Below are positions 9,862 to 19,947 of a stretch of 64,000 nt of DNA, piece after piece. Origin of the DNA: Erythrobacteraceae bacterium (lineage in GTDB: Bacteria; Pseudomonadota; Alphaproteobacteria; Sphingomonadales; Sphingomonadaceae); contig JAHEAW010000001.1 in NCBI GenBank assembly GCA_024642545.1, positions 18,117 to 82,116 of the forward strand, given 5' to 3'. A program made the translations under genes and the position numbers. Numbering within the stretch: position 1 is the first letter of the stretch; each line of letters begins with the position of its first letter. The notes beneath the pieces were generated by a model. That model made no database searches, had not been told where the DNA came from, and was given only the letters and a program-made list of their open reading frames with translations.

Positions 9862-10989
9862 TTATTCTGAAATCACCAGACCAAACATGGTCACGATAAA
9901 GATGGCCAACGACGTGAAGCATCCGGCTGACAGCAGAGCCATCCGCCATATTGCCCCCATGCCGCTCAGCCCATAAGTGCCGCGCAGGGCGCGGTAAAGA
10001 TGAAACGGTGCATAGAGCATCGCCGCTGCGACTATGGGGGCATAGTCAAACGCGCCGCCAATGCTGGCGACTACCAACAGCATGGTCATGAAACTGATCG
10101 AATAGGTCACAAAGACGGTATGATCATACATCCGGAATTTGCGACTGAAGGGAAACAATAGCCACACGAATGGCACGCTGATCGGGATCAGCATCCAGCT
10201 AAGTTTATAGGAATTGGTCTGGAACTTGTAGAGCAGGAGACCGGGGTTTTCCTCGATCTGGGCCAGGACATTTTTCAGCCATTGGGCGACTTGCTGATTT
10301 GATTGTGTACCACCTGTGGTAACTACAGTGGGTGGTTTTTCCGCTGTTGCGGGAGGGCGCAGTTTGACGATCGAAGCCGGATTACTTTCCAATTGCATCA
10401 AGCCGTTGAGCAACTTCACACTGCTCTGCGCATCTGAGATCTGCCGCTCCAACGAAGCGGTGTCTTCGCCCTTGCCGCTTCTTTCTGCGCGCTGCTCCTC
10501 AAGCGCGGCGAGCTCAGCGCTCGCCTGTTTCAGATTAGCTTCGATCTGGGCCTTGCTGGCCGGGTCGACAGAAGGCCTTACGTCGCCGAAGCCGCCGCTG
10601 GCGTTGAACAGTGCAAAGCTGATAAAAACGGTGAACAGGAACAGCGCAATCGGCGAGATATAGCTGGCGCGCTTGCCATCGATATAGGCGCGTGTCAGGC
10701 GGCCGGGTTGCCACGCCAGCAGCGGCAACGTGCGCCAGAATTTACCTTCGAAATGAAGCACGCCGTGGAGCAGATCGTGGAAGAACGCCCCTAATGTCCG
10801 GTGGACATGTGCGTGCTGCCCGCACTGGCCGCAATAGGGGCCGTCCAGCGCTGTTCCGCAATTGAGGCACGCCGTTTCCTGCGTGTGCCCATCCGGCCCG
10901 GCCATGACCTTGCCAGCCTCTGGTTCTGCCGCCCGGGCCGCCGCGCCGGCTGTCACCAGATCGCCCAATGCTTCAGGAAAGTCGTTCAT
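9862..10989 (-). CDS. DUF3667-like membrane protein with an N-terminal zinc ribbon
   Basis: CLNCGTALDGPYCGQCGQ followed by HVHRTLGAFFHDLLHGVLHFEGKFWRTL...YIDGKRASYISP. Then a coiled-coil stretch and C-terminal TM helices. Confidence 0.65.
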   Translation of the reverse strand: MNDFPEALGDLVTAGAAARAAEPEAGKVMAGPDGHTQETACLNCGTALDGPYCGQCGQHAHVHRTLGAFFHDLLHGVLHFEGKFWRTLPLLAWQPGRLTRAYIDGKRASYISPIALFLFTVFISFALFNASGGFGDVRPSVDPASKAQIEANLKQASAELAALEEQRAERSGKGEDTASLERQISDAQSSVKLLNGLMQLESNPASIVKLRPPATAEKPPTVVTTGGTQSNQQVAQWLKNVLAQIEENPGLLLYKFQTNSYKLSWMLIPISVPFVWLLFPFSRKFRMYDHTVFVTYSISFMTMLLVVASIGGAFDYAPIVAAAMLYAPFHLYRALRGTYGLSGMGAIWRMALLSAGCFTSLAIFIVTMFGLVISE

Positions 10990-11090
10990 CGTCCCTACCT
11001 GTCAAATGGCCCGGCACACTTCCTATCGCAAGGCGGCAGACAGGTCGAGTGGCGCTGGCCAAACCGGCCAGCAGGCAGACAGATGAGCGC

Positions 11091-11840
11091 TTAGCGCTTG
11101 AGCCGCGCCAGCTTTCGTTCGATGGCAGTCCACAAATGTTGAATTTGCCGTGCGCCCGGCGAACGCGGTGCAAAGGCGCCGACTGGCTTTCGCTGCACCG
11201 CGCATTGCTCGATCGCGCTCGCGAGCGCAATTGCGGGCCAGTCAGGATTGGCCTCGCGCGCAGCGCGGTGGAGATTGCGGCGCAGGTCCAGCATCGACAG
11301 CACCGGCAAAATCGGCGGGTGCGCCCGCGCGCTTCCCTTGGCGCTTTCGCGTACTTCCTGTGCCACCAGATCAAACGCCCGGGCAGAGAGCGGGGAAGGG
11401 GGAAGCGGCACGATCACCAGATCGGCAGCCCGCATCACTTGCGCGCTGATTTCATTGAGGACCGGCGGGCAATCGAAAATGATCCGCTCATAATGTTTGG
11501 ACAGTTGCTGAGCGATCTTGGCGATCCGCTTGCGCTTGCCGATGGCGCTGAGCTGGACATCCAGCGCACGCAGGCTTTCATCGGCCGGCAGCAGGTCCAG
11601 ATTGGCATAGGGCGTGTGACGGATCAGCTTGGCCGGGTCGCGCTCCAGAGAAAAGATGCTGCCGGCAGCCTTCCCATCCCTGGGCTCCACCCCGAGCAGA
11701 AAGCCTGCCCCGCCTGCTGCATCCAGATCCCAAAGCAGCGTTTTGCGGCACGAGATGGCAGCGGCGCACCAAGCAAGGTTGGATGCCAGTGTGGTTTTGC
11801 CGACACCTCCCTTGATGCTGTAAACTGCGATGATCGCCAT
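11091..11840 (-). CDS. ParA/Soj-family P-loop ATPase (orphan, no parB nearby)
   Basis: Deviant Walker A SIKGGVGKTT. Start placed at the ATG of MAIIAVYS, 10 nt after AGGAG. An alternative ATG lies 9 nt upstream. Confidence 0.8.
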   Translation of the reverse strand: MAIIAVYSIKGGVGKTTLASNLAWCAAAISCRKTLLWDLDAAGGAGFLLGVEPRDGKAAGSIFSLERDPAKLIRHTPYANLDLLPADESLRALDVQLSAIGKRKRIAKIAQQLSKHYERIIFDCPPVLNEISAQVMRAADLVIVPLPPSPLSARAFDLVAQEVRESAKGSARAHPPILPVLSMLDLRRNLHRAAREANPDWPAIALASAIEQCAVQRKPVGAFAPRSPGARQIQHLWTAIERKLARLKR

Positions 11841-11978
11841 GCGCGCCATGCTCCTTTGCGCGCGCAGGGATACGCACACCTCAGGCGTTGTAAAGCGTGG
11901 CGGTCAATCGTGTCCCAGAATGCGAAAGGCCGCCCCTGACGGAGCGGCCCTGCGATATTCCAGCCGATGACGGACTAC

Positions 11979-12323
11979 TTACCCGTCGTAATCGGAACCG
12001 ATCGAAGTCGACCGGGTAGGTGCAGAAGCGGTAATCCGCAGCGCTTCTGCGGATTGGCTTAGCGAACCGATTTCATCAGCTTCGTCTTCATCATCGGGCA
12101 GAATTTTCTGCAGGCTGGTAACAACGCTTTCCATCAGATGCTTTGGCCGGATCGTCTGTTCGGCGATTTCGCGGAGCGCAATCACGGGGTTCTTGTCCCG
12201 ATCCCGATCAATCGTCAGGTCGGCACCGCCCGAAATTTCGCGCGCACGCTGGGCAGCAAGCAAAACGAGATCAAATCGGTTAGGGATCTTGTCGACACAA
12301 TCTTCGACGGTAACGCGCGCCAT
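11979..12323 (-). CDS. rpoZ: DNA-directed RNA polymerase subunit omega
   Basis: [30 protein letters not shown] is the canonical RpoZ N-terminus. Start trimmed to that ATG. Confidence 0.9.
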   Translation of the reverse strand: MARVTVEDCVDKIPNRFDLVLLAAQRAREISGGADLTIDRDRDKNPVIALREIAEQTIRPKHLMESVVTSLQKILPDDEDEADEIGSLSQSAEALRITASAPTRSTSIGSDYDG

Positions 12324-12429
12324 CGGGCACTCCAATTTCAAGCAATTCAGGAAAGAGCGTCAGCTAGGGGCTGGCTACGACAAAGTCAAGGATTTGCGCT
12401 TCGCTTGCGTTGCGCTAGGCAGGAGCCTG

Positions 12430-13668
12430 ATGGGGGAGGAAACACCAGATCAGCAAAGCGGGCCGGCGGGGTCCGATGCGGGCGATGTTCCGTCGGCAAA
12501 CATGCCTGCAAGCGCCGCCGCGTTTCATGATCCTGTACCCTTTTCTTGCACTGCACAGGGCCAGCAACTGACCTTTTATCCTGCCGGGGAAGACCGCCGG
12601 GCTGCGCTATTGGCATTGATCGCCGAGGCACGCGAATCGGTTCAGATGGCATTTTATATCTTTGCCGAGGATCAGATTGGCGCCGCCGTGCGTGATGCGC
12701 TGGTTGAAGCGGCGGCGCGCGGCGTGGCGGTGACATTGCTGATTGACGGATTTGGCGCTTCGGCCACGCCGCAGTTTTTTCAGCGCTTGCTTGATGCAGG
12801 GGGGCATTACGCAGTGTTCAGTGCACGCTGGACCCAGCGCTACCTCATTCGCAATCACCAGAAGATAGTCATCACCGACCGGCAGAAGGCGATGATCGGC
12901 GGCTTCAATGTGGCCGATGATTATTTCGCTCCGCCCGACCTAGATGGCTGGAACGATCTGGCGGTCACGGTGGAAGGCGCTGCTGTGGCAAGCATGGAGC
13001 GCTGGTTTGAACGGCTCGCCCGCTGGACCTCTGACCCCAGGGCCAACTGGCTGGCGGTCAGCCGGATGATCCGTGACTGGGACCCAGGTCAAGGGGCGGT
13101 GCGACTGCTGATTGGCGGGCCGACGCGCGGACTATCAACCTGGGCGCGCTGCGTGAGCCGCGATCTGGAACGAGGCAGCAGGCTCGATATGATGATGGCG
13201 TATTTTTCTCCTGCCAGCCGGATGGTGCGGCGGATCGGGCGGGTCGCCTCGCAAGGTCAGACCCGCCTGCTGATGGCGGGCAAGTCAGACAATAACGCCA
13301 CGATCGGCGCGACCCGTTCGCTTTATCACTATTTGCTCAGCCGCCGGGCGCGGGTGTGGGAATTCACGGCCTGCAAGCTGCACACCAAGCTGATCGTGAT
13401 CGATGATGCGGTCTATTTTGGCAGCGCCAATTTCGACATGCGCAGCATTTACCTCAACCTTGAAGTGATGCTGCGGATTGAAGATGCGGCGCTGGCGGCA
13501 AAGATGCGGGACTTCATCACGCTGCATTTGCCCGCTTCGACGCAGATTACGCCTGCGCTGCACAAGCGCCGGGCAACGTTGTTCAACCGCCTGCGCTGGA
13601 ACCTCAGCTGGTTTCTGGTGGCGGTGGTTGATTATACCGTCAGTCGGCGGCTCAATCTGGGGCTCTAG
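12430..13668 (+). CDS. phospholipase D / cardiolipin synthase-like protein (two HKD motifs)
   Basis: HQKIVITD and HTKLIVIDD...GSANFD motifs. The listed ORF runs antisense into rpoZ, so the start is trimmed to the ATG at 12430, 5 nt after AGGAG. Confidence 0.75.
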   Translation: MGEETPDQQSGPAGSDAGDVPSANMPASAAAFHDPVPFSCTAQGQQLTFYPAGEDRRAALLALIAEARESVQMAFYIFAEDQIGAAVRDALVEAAARGVAVTLLIDGFGASATPQFFQRLLDAGGHYAVFSARWTQRYLIRNHQKIVITDRQKAMIGGFNVADDYFAPPDLDGWNDLAVTVEGAAVASMERWFERLARWTSDPRANWLAVSRMIRDWDPGQGAVRLLIGGPTRGLSTWARCVSRDLERGSRLDMMMAYFSPASRMVRRIGRVASQGQTRLLMAGKSDNNATIGATRSLYHYLLSRRARVWEFTACKLHTKLIVIDDAVYFGSANFDMRSIYLNLEVMLRIEDAALAAKMRDFITLHLPASTQITPALHKRRATLFNRLRWNLSWFLVAVVDYTVSRRLNLGL

Positions 13669-13677
13669 GTCTGGCAA

Positions 13678-15180
13678 TCAGTCGTATTCGCCGCGAAAAT
13701 CATCTGCCAGATCGGAGAATTTGGTGATCCGCGGTTCAAACTTCAGCCGCACCTTGCCGGTCGCACCGTGGCGCTGCTTGGCCACGATCAGTTCCGCCAG
13801 GCCATACACCCGCTCCATTTCTGCCATCCATGCAGCGTGTGCTTCATGAGTTTTGGTGTCGTCTGTTTCGACCGGACGCTTGGGCTCACGACTGCCGACA
13901 TAATAATCTTCGCGAAACACGAACCAAACCATATCAGCGTCCTGCTCGATCGAGCCTGATTCGCGCAGATCGGACAGCATCGGGCGCTTGTCGTCACGCT
14001 GTTCGACCGCGCGGCTCAATTGCGAGAGCGCGATGACCGGTACTTCGATTTCCTTGGCCAAGGTCTTGAGCCCGCGGCTGATTTCGGAAATTTCGTTGAC
14101 CCGGTTGTCATTGGCGCGGCCTGACCCTTGCAGCAGCTGCAGATAATCGACCACGATCAACCCAATGCCATGCTTGCGCTTCAACCGCCGTGCACGCGTG
14201 CGCAGCGCCGCGATGGTCAGTGCCGGCGTATCGTCAATAAACAGCGGCAATTCGGCCAGACGCTGGCTGGCAAAGGAAAGCTGCTGGAAATCGTCGCGGC
14301 TGATTTTGCCCATACGCAGCGATTCAGAGGAAATCCCGGCCTGTTCTGACAGGATACGCGTGGCCAATTGGTCCGCGCTCATTTCGAGGCTGAAGAAAGC
14401 GACGCCCGCGCCGACAGTTTCCTCGATCCCGTCTTTCTGGTCACGTAAAAAACGGTCTGCGCAATTGAAGGCGATATTGGTTGCGAGCGAGGTTTTACCC
14501 ATGCCCGGCCGCCCGGCCAGGATGATCAGGTCGGAATCGTGCAGCCCGCCGATTTTTTCGTTGATGCTGGTAAGGCCAGTGGTCTTGCCGGAAATATGCC
14601 CGCCGGAATTAATCGCCAGTTCGATCATCCCCAGCGCCTTATGCGTTGCCATGCCGAAGCTGGCTGCCTCGTTCTGCCCGCCTGCACCCTCTGCAACCTT
14701 GAACAGCGATGCTTCGGCCAGTTCGATCTGTTTCATCGGGGCGACCGCTTCGGAAGTATCGAGCGCGCCTTCGACCAGATTACGCCCTACGCTGACCAGT
14801 TCGCGCAGCAGTGCCAGATCGTAAATCTGTTCGGCCAGTTCACGCGGGGCGAGCAGGCCCTGTCCATCGGCTGTCAGCCGTGCAAGGTAAGTAATGCCGC
14901 CCAGTTCGCGCAGCGCTTCGTCTGCCTCAAAATAGGGTTTGAGCGTAACCGGGGTGACCACTGAGCTGCGATCGAGCAAGGTCAAAATGCGTTCGAACAC
15001 GCGCTGGTGGACCGGTTCGAAGAAATGTTCGGGCCGAATCGGTGCGGGCAATTCTTCCAGCACCCGATTGTCGATCAGCACTGCCCCCAAAAAGGCGGCT
15101 TCCGCCTCGATATTGGCGGGCAGGCTGCGAATTTTTTGCGCTTCGCTGTTGGGTCGGGTGATCAGATCTTGGTCGGCCAT
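13678..15180 (-). CDS. dnaB: replicative DNA helicase DnaB
   Basis: PANIEAEAAFLGAVL N-terminal motif, Walker A GRPGMGKTSLA, and IVVDYLQLL and SQLSRAVEQR motifs. Start trimmed to MADQDL. Confidence 0.93.
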   Translation of the reverse strand: MADQDLITRPNSEAQKIRSLPANIEAEAAFLGAVLIDNRVLEELPAPIRPEHFFEPVHQRVFERILTLLDRSSVVTPVTLKPYFEADEALRELGGITYLARLTADGQGLLAPRELAEQIYDLALLRELVSVGRNLVEGALDTSEAVAPMKQIELAEASLFKVAEGAGGQNEAASFGMATHKALGMIELAINSGGHISGKTTGLTSINEKIGGLHDSDLIILAGRPGMGKTSLATNIAFNCADRFLRDQKDGIEETVGAGVAFFSLEMSADQLATRILSEQAGISSESLRMGKISRDDFQQLSFASQRLAELPLFIDDTPALTIAALRTRARRLKRKHGIGLIVVDYLQLLQGSGRANDNRVNEISEISRGLKTLAKEIEVPVIALSQLSRAVEQRDDKRPMLSDLRESGSIEQDADMVWFVFREDYYVGSREPKRPVETDDTKTHEAHAAWMAEMERVYGLAELIVAKQRHGATGKVRLKFEPRITKFSDLADDFRGEYD

Positions 15181-15308
15181 CGCTGCGCTTTGCGCGCGAA
15201 ACAGGGTCCTGCGCAAGGCCCTGCGTGGCACCTTGGCCTGTGGATAGTGGGGATGGAGTCAGCAAACTCTTGCACCGCCCCCTTCGCATCTGCGAAAGCA
15301 GTCTTTCC

Positions 15309-15803
15309 ATGCCTGACGCATTACTCACCTGGCGCATCGCCCATATCGCGCTCGACGAGGACACGATCCTGTGGCGCAGCGCCGATATCGAACAGGAGCG
15401 GCGGGTCGCGATCTATGATTTGATCGAGGATAACAGCTTCAAGCCGGTGCGCGCAGCGGCGGCGGGACATAATGGCCCTTACAAGTTGCAGCTGGCGGTG
15501 CGCGATGGGCGCCTGTCGATGCAGATCAGCGATACCAGCGACCAGGAACTGGAAACGCTGATCCTGGGCCTTGCCCGCTTCCGCCGCCCGATTCGCGACT
15601 ATTTCGCGATTTGCGACAGCTATTACCAGGCAATTCGCAAGTCGACTGCGGCGGAGATCGAGACGATCGATATGGCGCGCCGCGGGGTGCACAATAATGC
15701 GGCGGAACTGCTGCTCGAACGGCTTGATGGCAAGGTGGAAACCGATTTCGCTACCGCGCGGCGGCTGTTCACGCTCATTTGCGTCCTTCACATCAAGGGC
15801 TGA
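15309..15803 (+). CDS. UPF0262 family protein
   Basis: DIEQERRVAIYDLIEDNSFKP and the overall ~165-aa size match the alphaproteobacterial UPF0262 family as I remember it. Start trimmed to MPDALL. Confidence 0.7.
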   Translation: MPDALLTWRIAHIALDEDTILWRSADIEQERRVAIYDLIEDNSFKPVRAAAAGHNGPYKLQLAVRDGRLSMQISDTSDQELETLILGLARFRRPIRDYFAICDSYYQAIRKSTAAEIETIDMARRGVHNNAAELLLERLDGKVETDFATARRLFTLICVLHIKG

Positions 15804-15807
15804 GCGG

Positions 15808-16506
15808 GTGGCACGCACCAAAAAGCCTTCGTGGCGTATACGCTTTGCCGCGTTGCTGCTGCTGGCCACCCTGGCGGTGGGAGGGTGGCTGTGGTGGAAC
15901 CTGATCCATTGGACCCCGCCAGAGGAAACTTACCCCGATCAGGGCGTGCTGGCAGGGGCTGAGGACGGTTTGGTCAATTTCCGCACGATCCGCGCGCTGG
16001 GAGGCGACTTTGCCTATCTTGAAGCCAGCGATGGCGCGGGCGGGCAAGATGCGCGCTTCGCCCGCAACTATGCTGCCGCTCGCCAAGCCAAACTTCAGGT
16101 TGGCGCGCTCCATAAATATGATCCGTGCGTTCCGGCCGACGGGCAATCAGCCAATTTCGTGACGATGGTTCCGCGCGACCCGGCGCTGTTGCCGCCGGTG
16201 ATCGAACTGTCGCGCATTGGCGATACTTGTGAAACGCGTGTCAGCGATGCGTCGGTGGAAAGCGAACTGATGACGCTGATCAATCAGATTGAAACGCATG
16301 CCGGCAAAGCGGTGATCCTCAAAATCGATCCGGCCTTCGAGGTGCGGTACCATCTTGCACCGCAGCTGGCACGGGGCCTGTGGTTGACCCGCACACGCTT
16401 CCCGCCGGAATATGCCGGGCGGCCATGGGTGCTGTGGACCGCGAACAGCGACCTGCATAGCGAAGCGAGCGATCATCCGCTGCGCTGGGTCGTGGTCCAG
16501 CCCTAG
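15808..16506 (+). CDS. GH25 muramidase-like protein with an N-terminal membrane anchor (weak call)
   Basis: GTG start 4 nt after the UPF0262 stop. TM anchor FAALLLLATLAVGGWLWW. DFAYLEASDGAGGQDARFARNYAAARQAKLQVGALHKYDP resembles the GH25 fold pattern, but I could not see the canonical N-terminal DxSxxQ motif. Confidence 0.4.
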   Translation: MARTKKPSWRIRFAALLLLATLAVGGWLWWNLIHWTPPEETYPDQGVLAGAEDGLVNFRTIRALGGDFAYLEASDGAGGQDARFARNYAAARQAKLQVGALHKYDPCVPADGQSANFVTMVPRDPALLPPVIELSRIGDTCETRVSDASVESELMTLINQIETHAGKAVILKIDPAFEVRYHLAPQLARGLWLTRTRFPPEYAGRPWVLWTANSDLHSEASDHPLRWVVVQP

Positions 16507-16546
16507 CCTCTCGCCATGCGGTGGCTTTGCGGCTAAGCGCGAGATA

Positions 16547-16951
16547 ATGACCGATGAAGATCTGATCGCCGCTGCGCGCGCTGCAGCAGGCCATTCCTGG
16601 TCCCCCTACAGCAATTTTGCAGTAGGCGCCGCGCTGCGTTTTGCCGATGGGGCGGTGGTGACCGGGACCAATATCGAAAATGCCAGCTTCGGCATGGCGT
16701 TGTGCGCAGAAACGGTGGCCGTGGCCAAAGCCATGGCCGATGGGCGGCGCGGCGGGCTGGAGGCAATCGCCGTTAGCGGGCCGGGCCCTGATCCGATCAC
16801 GCCGTGCGGCCGGTGCCGCCAGGTTCTTTACGAATTGGCCGCCTTGGGGGGTACTGACCCAGAAGTGCTGTGTGTCGGCCCAGATGCGGTGCACCGGATC
16901 AGGCTGAGCGTGCTGCTGCCCGCCGCGTTTGGCCCAGCCAGTTTGACCTAG
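16547..16951 (+). CDS. cdd: cytidine deaminase
   Basis: Zinc motifs CAE (ALCAETVAV) and PCGRCRQ. ~134 aa. Start trimmed to MTDEDL. Confidence 0.85.
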   Translation: MTDEDLIAAARAAAGHSWSPYSNFAVGAALRFADGAVVTGTNIENASFGMALCAETVAVAKAMADGRRGGLEAIAVSGPGPDPITPCGRCRQVLYELAALGGTDPEVLCVGPDAVHRIRLSVLLPAAFGPASLT

Positions 16952-16982
16952 ATGCGCTGACCCGCTGCAAAACTGAATCGCC

Positions 16983-17990
16983 TTAGTCGTCTGCCACCGG
17001 CGCGGGCACGCGCTTTGTGCCCGCCAGTTCCTGATCCATAAAGCCCAGTTCGAGTGGCGCAAAATAGCTGAACGCGCCCCAATCCCCATGCTGCTTGGAA
17101 AATTTGGGCAATGCGGCTTTGATCAACGCGTCCCCAGTAATGCCGCTGGCGCGCTCCGCCTGCACCAGCGCCCTGAGGTCGCGCAAATAGGCTGCAAACT
17201 CCGTGACGTCCTTGACGGCGGCGACATTGCCGTGACCCGGCACGAAGGCCGTCTCTGCTGCATCCTCGGCATTGGTGAGGCCTTCGGTTGTCTTGATCCA
17301 TTCGGCGACATTGCCGTCAATGATATTAGGTGACACATGGCGCCACAAAATATCACCGCAGAACAGTACCTTGGCATCGGGCACGCTCACCATCAGGTCG
17401 CCGCCAGTATGGCCCAGTGCGGGCCGGATGAGGATTTCGCGCGAGCCGAGCCAAATCGTCAGGCCCCTGGTCGTTGTCACATCGGGCAGCGCCAGCGTTT
17501 CTACCATGGCCTTGCGTTCGGGTGTCAGACGGTCTCCGAACAGATGTAGATTGTCAGTCCGCACCCAGGCGCGTTCGTTGCGGTGGGCAATGATGATCGC
17601 GCCAGCATCCCGCAGGACATTGTCACCGCCGACATGATCAACATGGTAATGGGTGTTGACCACATAGCGGATAGGCTTGGGCGTCAGCTTTCTGATTTCG
17701 CTGACCAGCGCCCTGGCTGCATCGGGGTTGAAGAAGCTGTCAATCACCAGCACGCCGTCATCGCCAATCACGAAACCGGCATTTGAACCTGATTTGCCGG
17801 AGGGGCTGTCGATCGCGGCATAAACGCCCGGTCCAACTTGTTTGAGCACAAAGGGCAAGGCTGTATCGGGTGCTGAAGCTGTCGCAGAACTGCCCAGGCT
17901 CAGCAGCAGAGCGGGGATCAGCATCAGTCCGGTAATTCGGCGGATGAGACCTTTGGGTGAGATCGGGCTGCTCAACGTTCTTCCCTTCAT
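16983..17990 (-). CDS. secreted MBL-fold metallo-hydrolase
   Basis: Signal peptide and the HxHxDH motif (THYHVDHVGG). Confidence 0.8.
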   Translation of the reverse strand: MKGRTLSSPISPKGLIRRITGLMLIPALLLSLGSSATASAPDTALPFVLKQVGPGVYAAIDSPSGKSGSNAGFVIGDDGVLVIDSFFNPDAARALVSEIRKLTPKPIRYVVNTHYHVDHVGGDNVLRDAGAIIIAHRNERAWVRTDNLHLFGDRLTPERKAMVETLALPDVTTTRGLTIWLGSREILIRPALGHTGGDLMVSVPDAKVLFCGDILWRHVSPNIIDGNVAEWIKTTEGLTNAEDAAETAFVPGHGNVAAVKDVTEFAAYLRDLRALVQAERASGITGDALIKAALPKFSKQHGDWGAFSYFAPLELGFMDQELAGTKRVPAPVADD

Positions 17991-18003
17991 GTTAGCGGCG
18001 GGT

Positions 18004-18708
18004 CTAACGCTTCAGAATGCCGCCGAGCAGGTCGCCCGCTTTGCCCAGCGGATTGGCGCGGAGCGATTTTTCCTCGCTGCCCATATAGCTGAAAATGCCG
18101 TTCAGGCCCTGGTCGGTGACCGATTTGTTCATGCTTTCGCGGGTCACGCCTGCGCTGCGGATGAAATTGTAGCGCCTCGTCAACTTGTCTAACTGCCGAT
18201 ACGCGCCAAGATCGCCCAGCGCCGTGTCGACCAGCGGGGACATTTTGCCATGTAATGCCTCCCCGGCGGAGCGATGCAGATATTGGGTGCCGCCATCTGA
18301 CTGCTGCACGATCCCTGGCACATCGCTGAAGGAAATACCATTGATGGCGCTGCGGAAAATCGGCTTGGCTTCGCCCGCCGCAGTCCCGGCAGCATCATTG
18401 ATTGTGCGGATAATACCGTCAGTCACGCCCAGCTTCTGTCCAGCACCAAGAAGCGAACCGAGCAGTCCGCCGCCGCCACCAAGGAAAGGCAGGCCGATCC
18501 TGATGGCCGGGTCGTTATAGTAGCCACCGGGTAGCGCCAGCTTATCAAGCGCTTTGTCCGATGCGCTGCCGAGGAGCGAACCGAGGCCGAAACCCTGCGC
18601 CTCCGCCTGGCTGGCAAAGGGCAACAACACTGCGGTGGCTGCTGCGCCGATCAGCCACTGCCTGCGATGATATTGCCTGCGATGATAACGAATCTGGTCC
18701 TGTGCCAT
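18004..18708 (-). CDS. DUF4197-like secreted protein
   Basis: Signal peptide, then DKALDKLALPGGYYNDPAIRIGLP, which matches my recollection of DUF4197. Confidence 0.5.
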   Translation of the reverse strand: MAQDQIRYHRRQYHRRQWLIGAAATAVLLPFASQAEAQGFGLGSLLGSASDKALDKLALPGGYYNDPAIRIGLPFLGGGGGLLGSLLGAGQKLGVTDGIIRTINDAAGTAAGEAKPIFRSAINGISFSDVPGIVQQSDGGTQYLHRSAGEALHGKMSPLVDTALGDLGAYRQLDKLTRRYNFIRSAGVTRESMNKSVTDQGLNGIFSYMGSEEKSLRANPLGKAGDLLGGILKR

Positions 18709-18804
18709 GTGCCTGCTACCCTTCCTGCGCTGCGATAATGCATGCTAGCGCGAAATCGCAGCGCAGCAAGGCGCAGGGCAAAACTTCAGTTCCGGGTCAG
18801 GCCG

Positions 18805-19947
18805 TTAGGCGGGGTGTTCTCCCTCCAGCCATTCGGCCAGTGCGGCTAGACATTCGCGCCCCAGCATCTTGCTCCGTTCCGGGCTCCAGCCCTGCACCGG
18901 GTCGGGCAGGTCGCGATTGTCCTTGAACGGCATTTCCAGCGTCATTGAGGTGCAGCCAAAACGCTGCGCGACCTGATTGGTGCTCATCGATAAATTGGCA
19001 GTGCCTGGCCTGGCTACCGGATATCCCAGCTTCTTCTGGAAGTCGGGCGTTCGGCGTACAAGGATATCCTGATACCGGTCATAGCCTGCCTGAAGCACCT
19101 CGCTCCAGTTGGCGATACCCTGAAAGCCGGCGATAAATACCGCCGGGATCGCTTCATCGCCGTGAATATCCATCGCAAAATCGACGCCCGTTTCGTCCAT
19201 TGCGGTGCGGATCGCCAGCACTTCGGGCGATTTTTGTGCTGTAGGATTGTCCCATTCACGGTTGAGATTGGTGCCCGCCGCATTGGTCCGCAAATGCCCG
19301 CGCCGCGAGCCATCGGGATTGCAGTTGGGCACCACATGCAGGCGGCATTTTTCGCGCAAGGTGCGGCCCACCGGATCAGCCGGATCGGTCAGGCATTCCA
19401 GCGCGCCTTCCATCCACCATTCAGCCTGCGTTTCCCCCGGATGCTGGCGCGCATAAAGCCACACCTGCGTGCCACCCTCACCTAGCTCGAGACAATCAAT
19501 CGGCTGCCCGTCGAGCGTGGTGCCAAGCCGGCGATAGGATACCCCTTCGCTGGCTGCGCATTCGGCCACCAGATCATGGTGCCGTTCCATCGAATAGGGC
19601 GCGAAATAGGCGAACCACGCAATATCGCTGGCAGGGGTATGACGAATGGTCAGTGTGCCATTTTCTTCGCTTTTGTCATAGCTGGACGAAGCGCGGCCCC
19701 ACCAGCTGCGGTCTTCCGACACGCAGGCCTGATAATCGGGCCATCCAGCGGGATAGGCAGACGCATTGAGATTGGTAATCTTGAGCTCCAGTTCGCGTCC
19801 GGCAGCGCCGCTCACCCGAAAATGGAACCACTGGTTGAAGTCTGACAAATGATCCTTGCGGATGGCCAGCTTTGCGCTCGCTGCGGCCACCGACAGAACT
19901 TCGATATTGCCGCTGTCAAACGCGCAATCGATCTGAATATCACTCAC
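18805..19947 (-). CDS. M14-family zinc carboxypeptidase (cytosolic type)
   Basis: Zinc ligand motif HPGETQAEW and a downstream H in DIHGDE. The GTG start shares one base with the upstream stop (TAGTG). Confidence 0.75.
   Translation of the reverse strand: MSDIQIDCAFDSGNIEVLSVAAASAKLAIRKDHLSDFNQWFHFRVSGAAGRELELKITNLNASAYPAGWPDYQACVSEDRSWWGRASSSYDKSEENGTLTIRHTPASDIAWFAYFAPYSMERHHDLVAECAASEGVSYRRLGTTLDGQPIDCLELGEGGTQVWLYARQHPGETQAEWWMEGALECLTDPADPVGRTLREKCRLHVVPNCNPDGSRRGHLRTNAAGTNLNREWDNPTAQKSPEVLAIRTAMDETGVDFAMDIHGDEAIPAVFIAGFQGIANWSEVLQAGYDRYQDILVRRTPDFQKKLGYPVARPGTANLSMSTNQVAQRFGCTSMTLEMPFKDNRDLPDPVQGWSPERSKMLGRECLAALAEWLEGEHPA

Noticed and set aside
12193-12429. N-terminal extensions of listed ORFs that overlap neighbouring genes. 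Here the PLD-like ORF runs through rpoZ. The same occurs at 15571-15807, 33255-33419, 45494-45565, 55991-56152 and 57836-58039.
   Set aside because: The extensions overlap well-supported genes in other frames or strands. Internal starts with better SD spacing, or canonical protein N-termini, exist. Features were trimmed accordingly.
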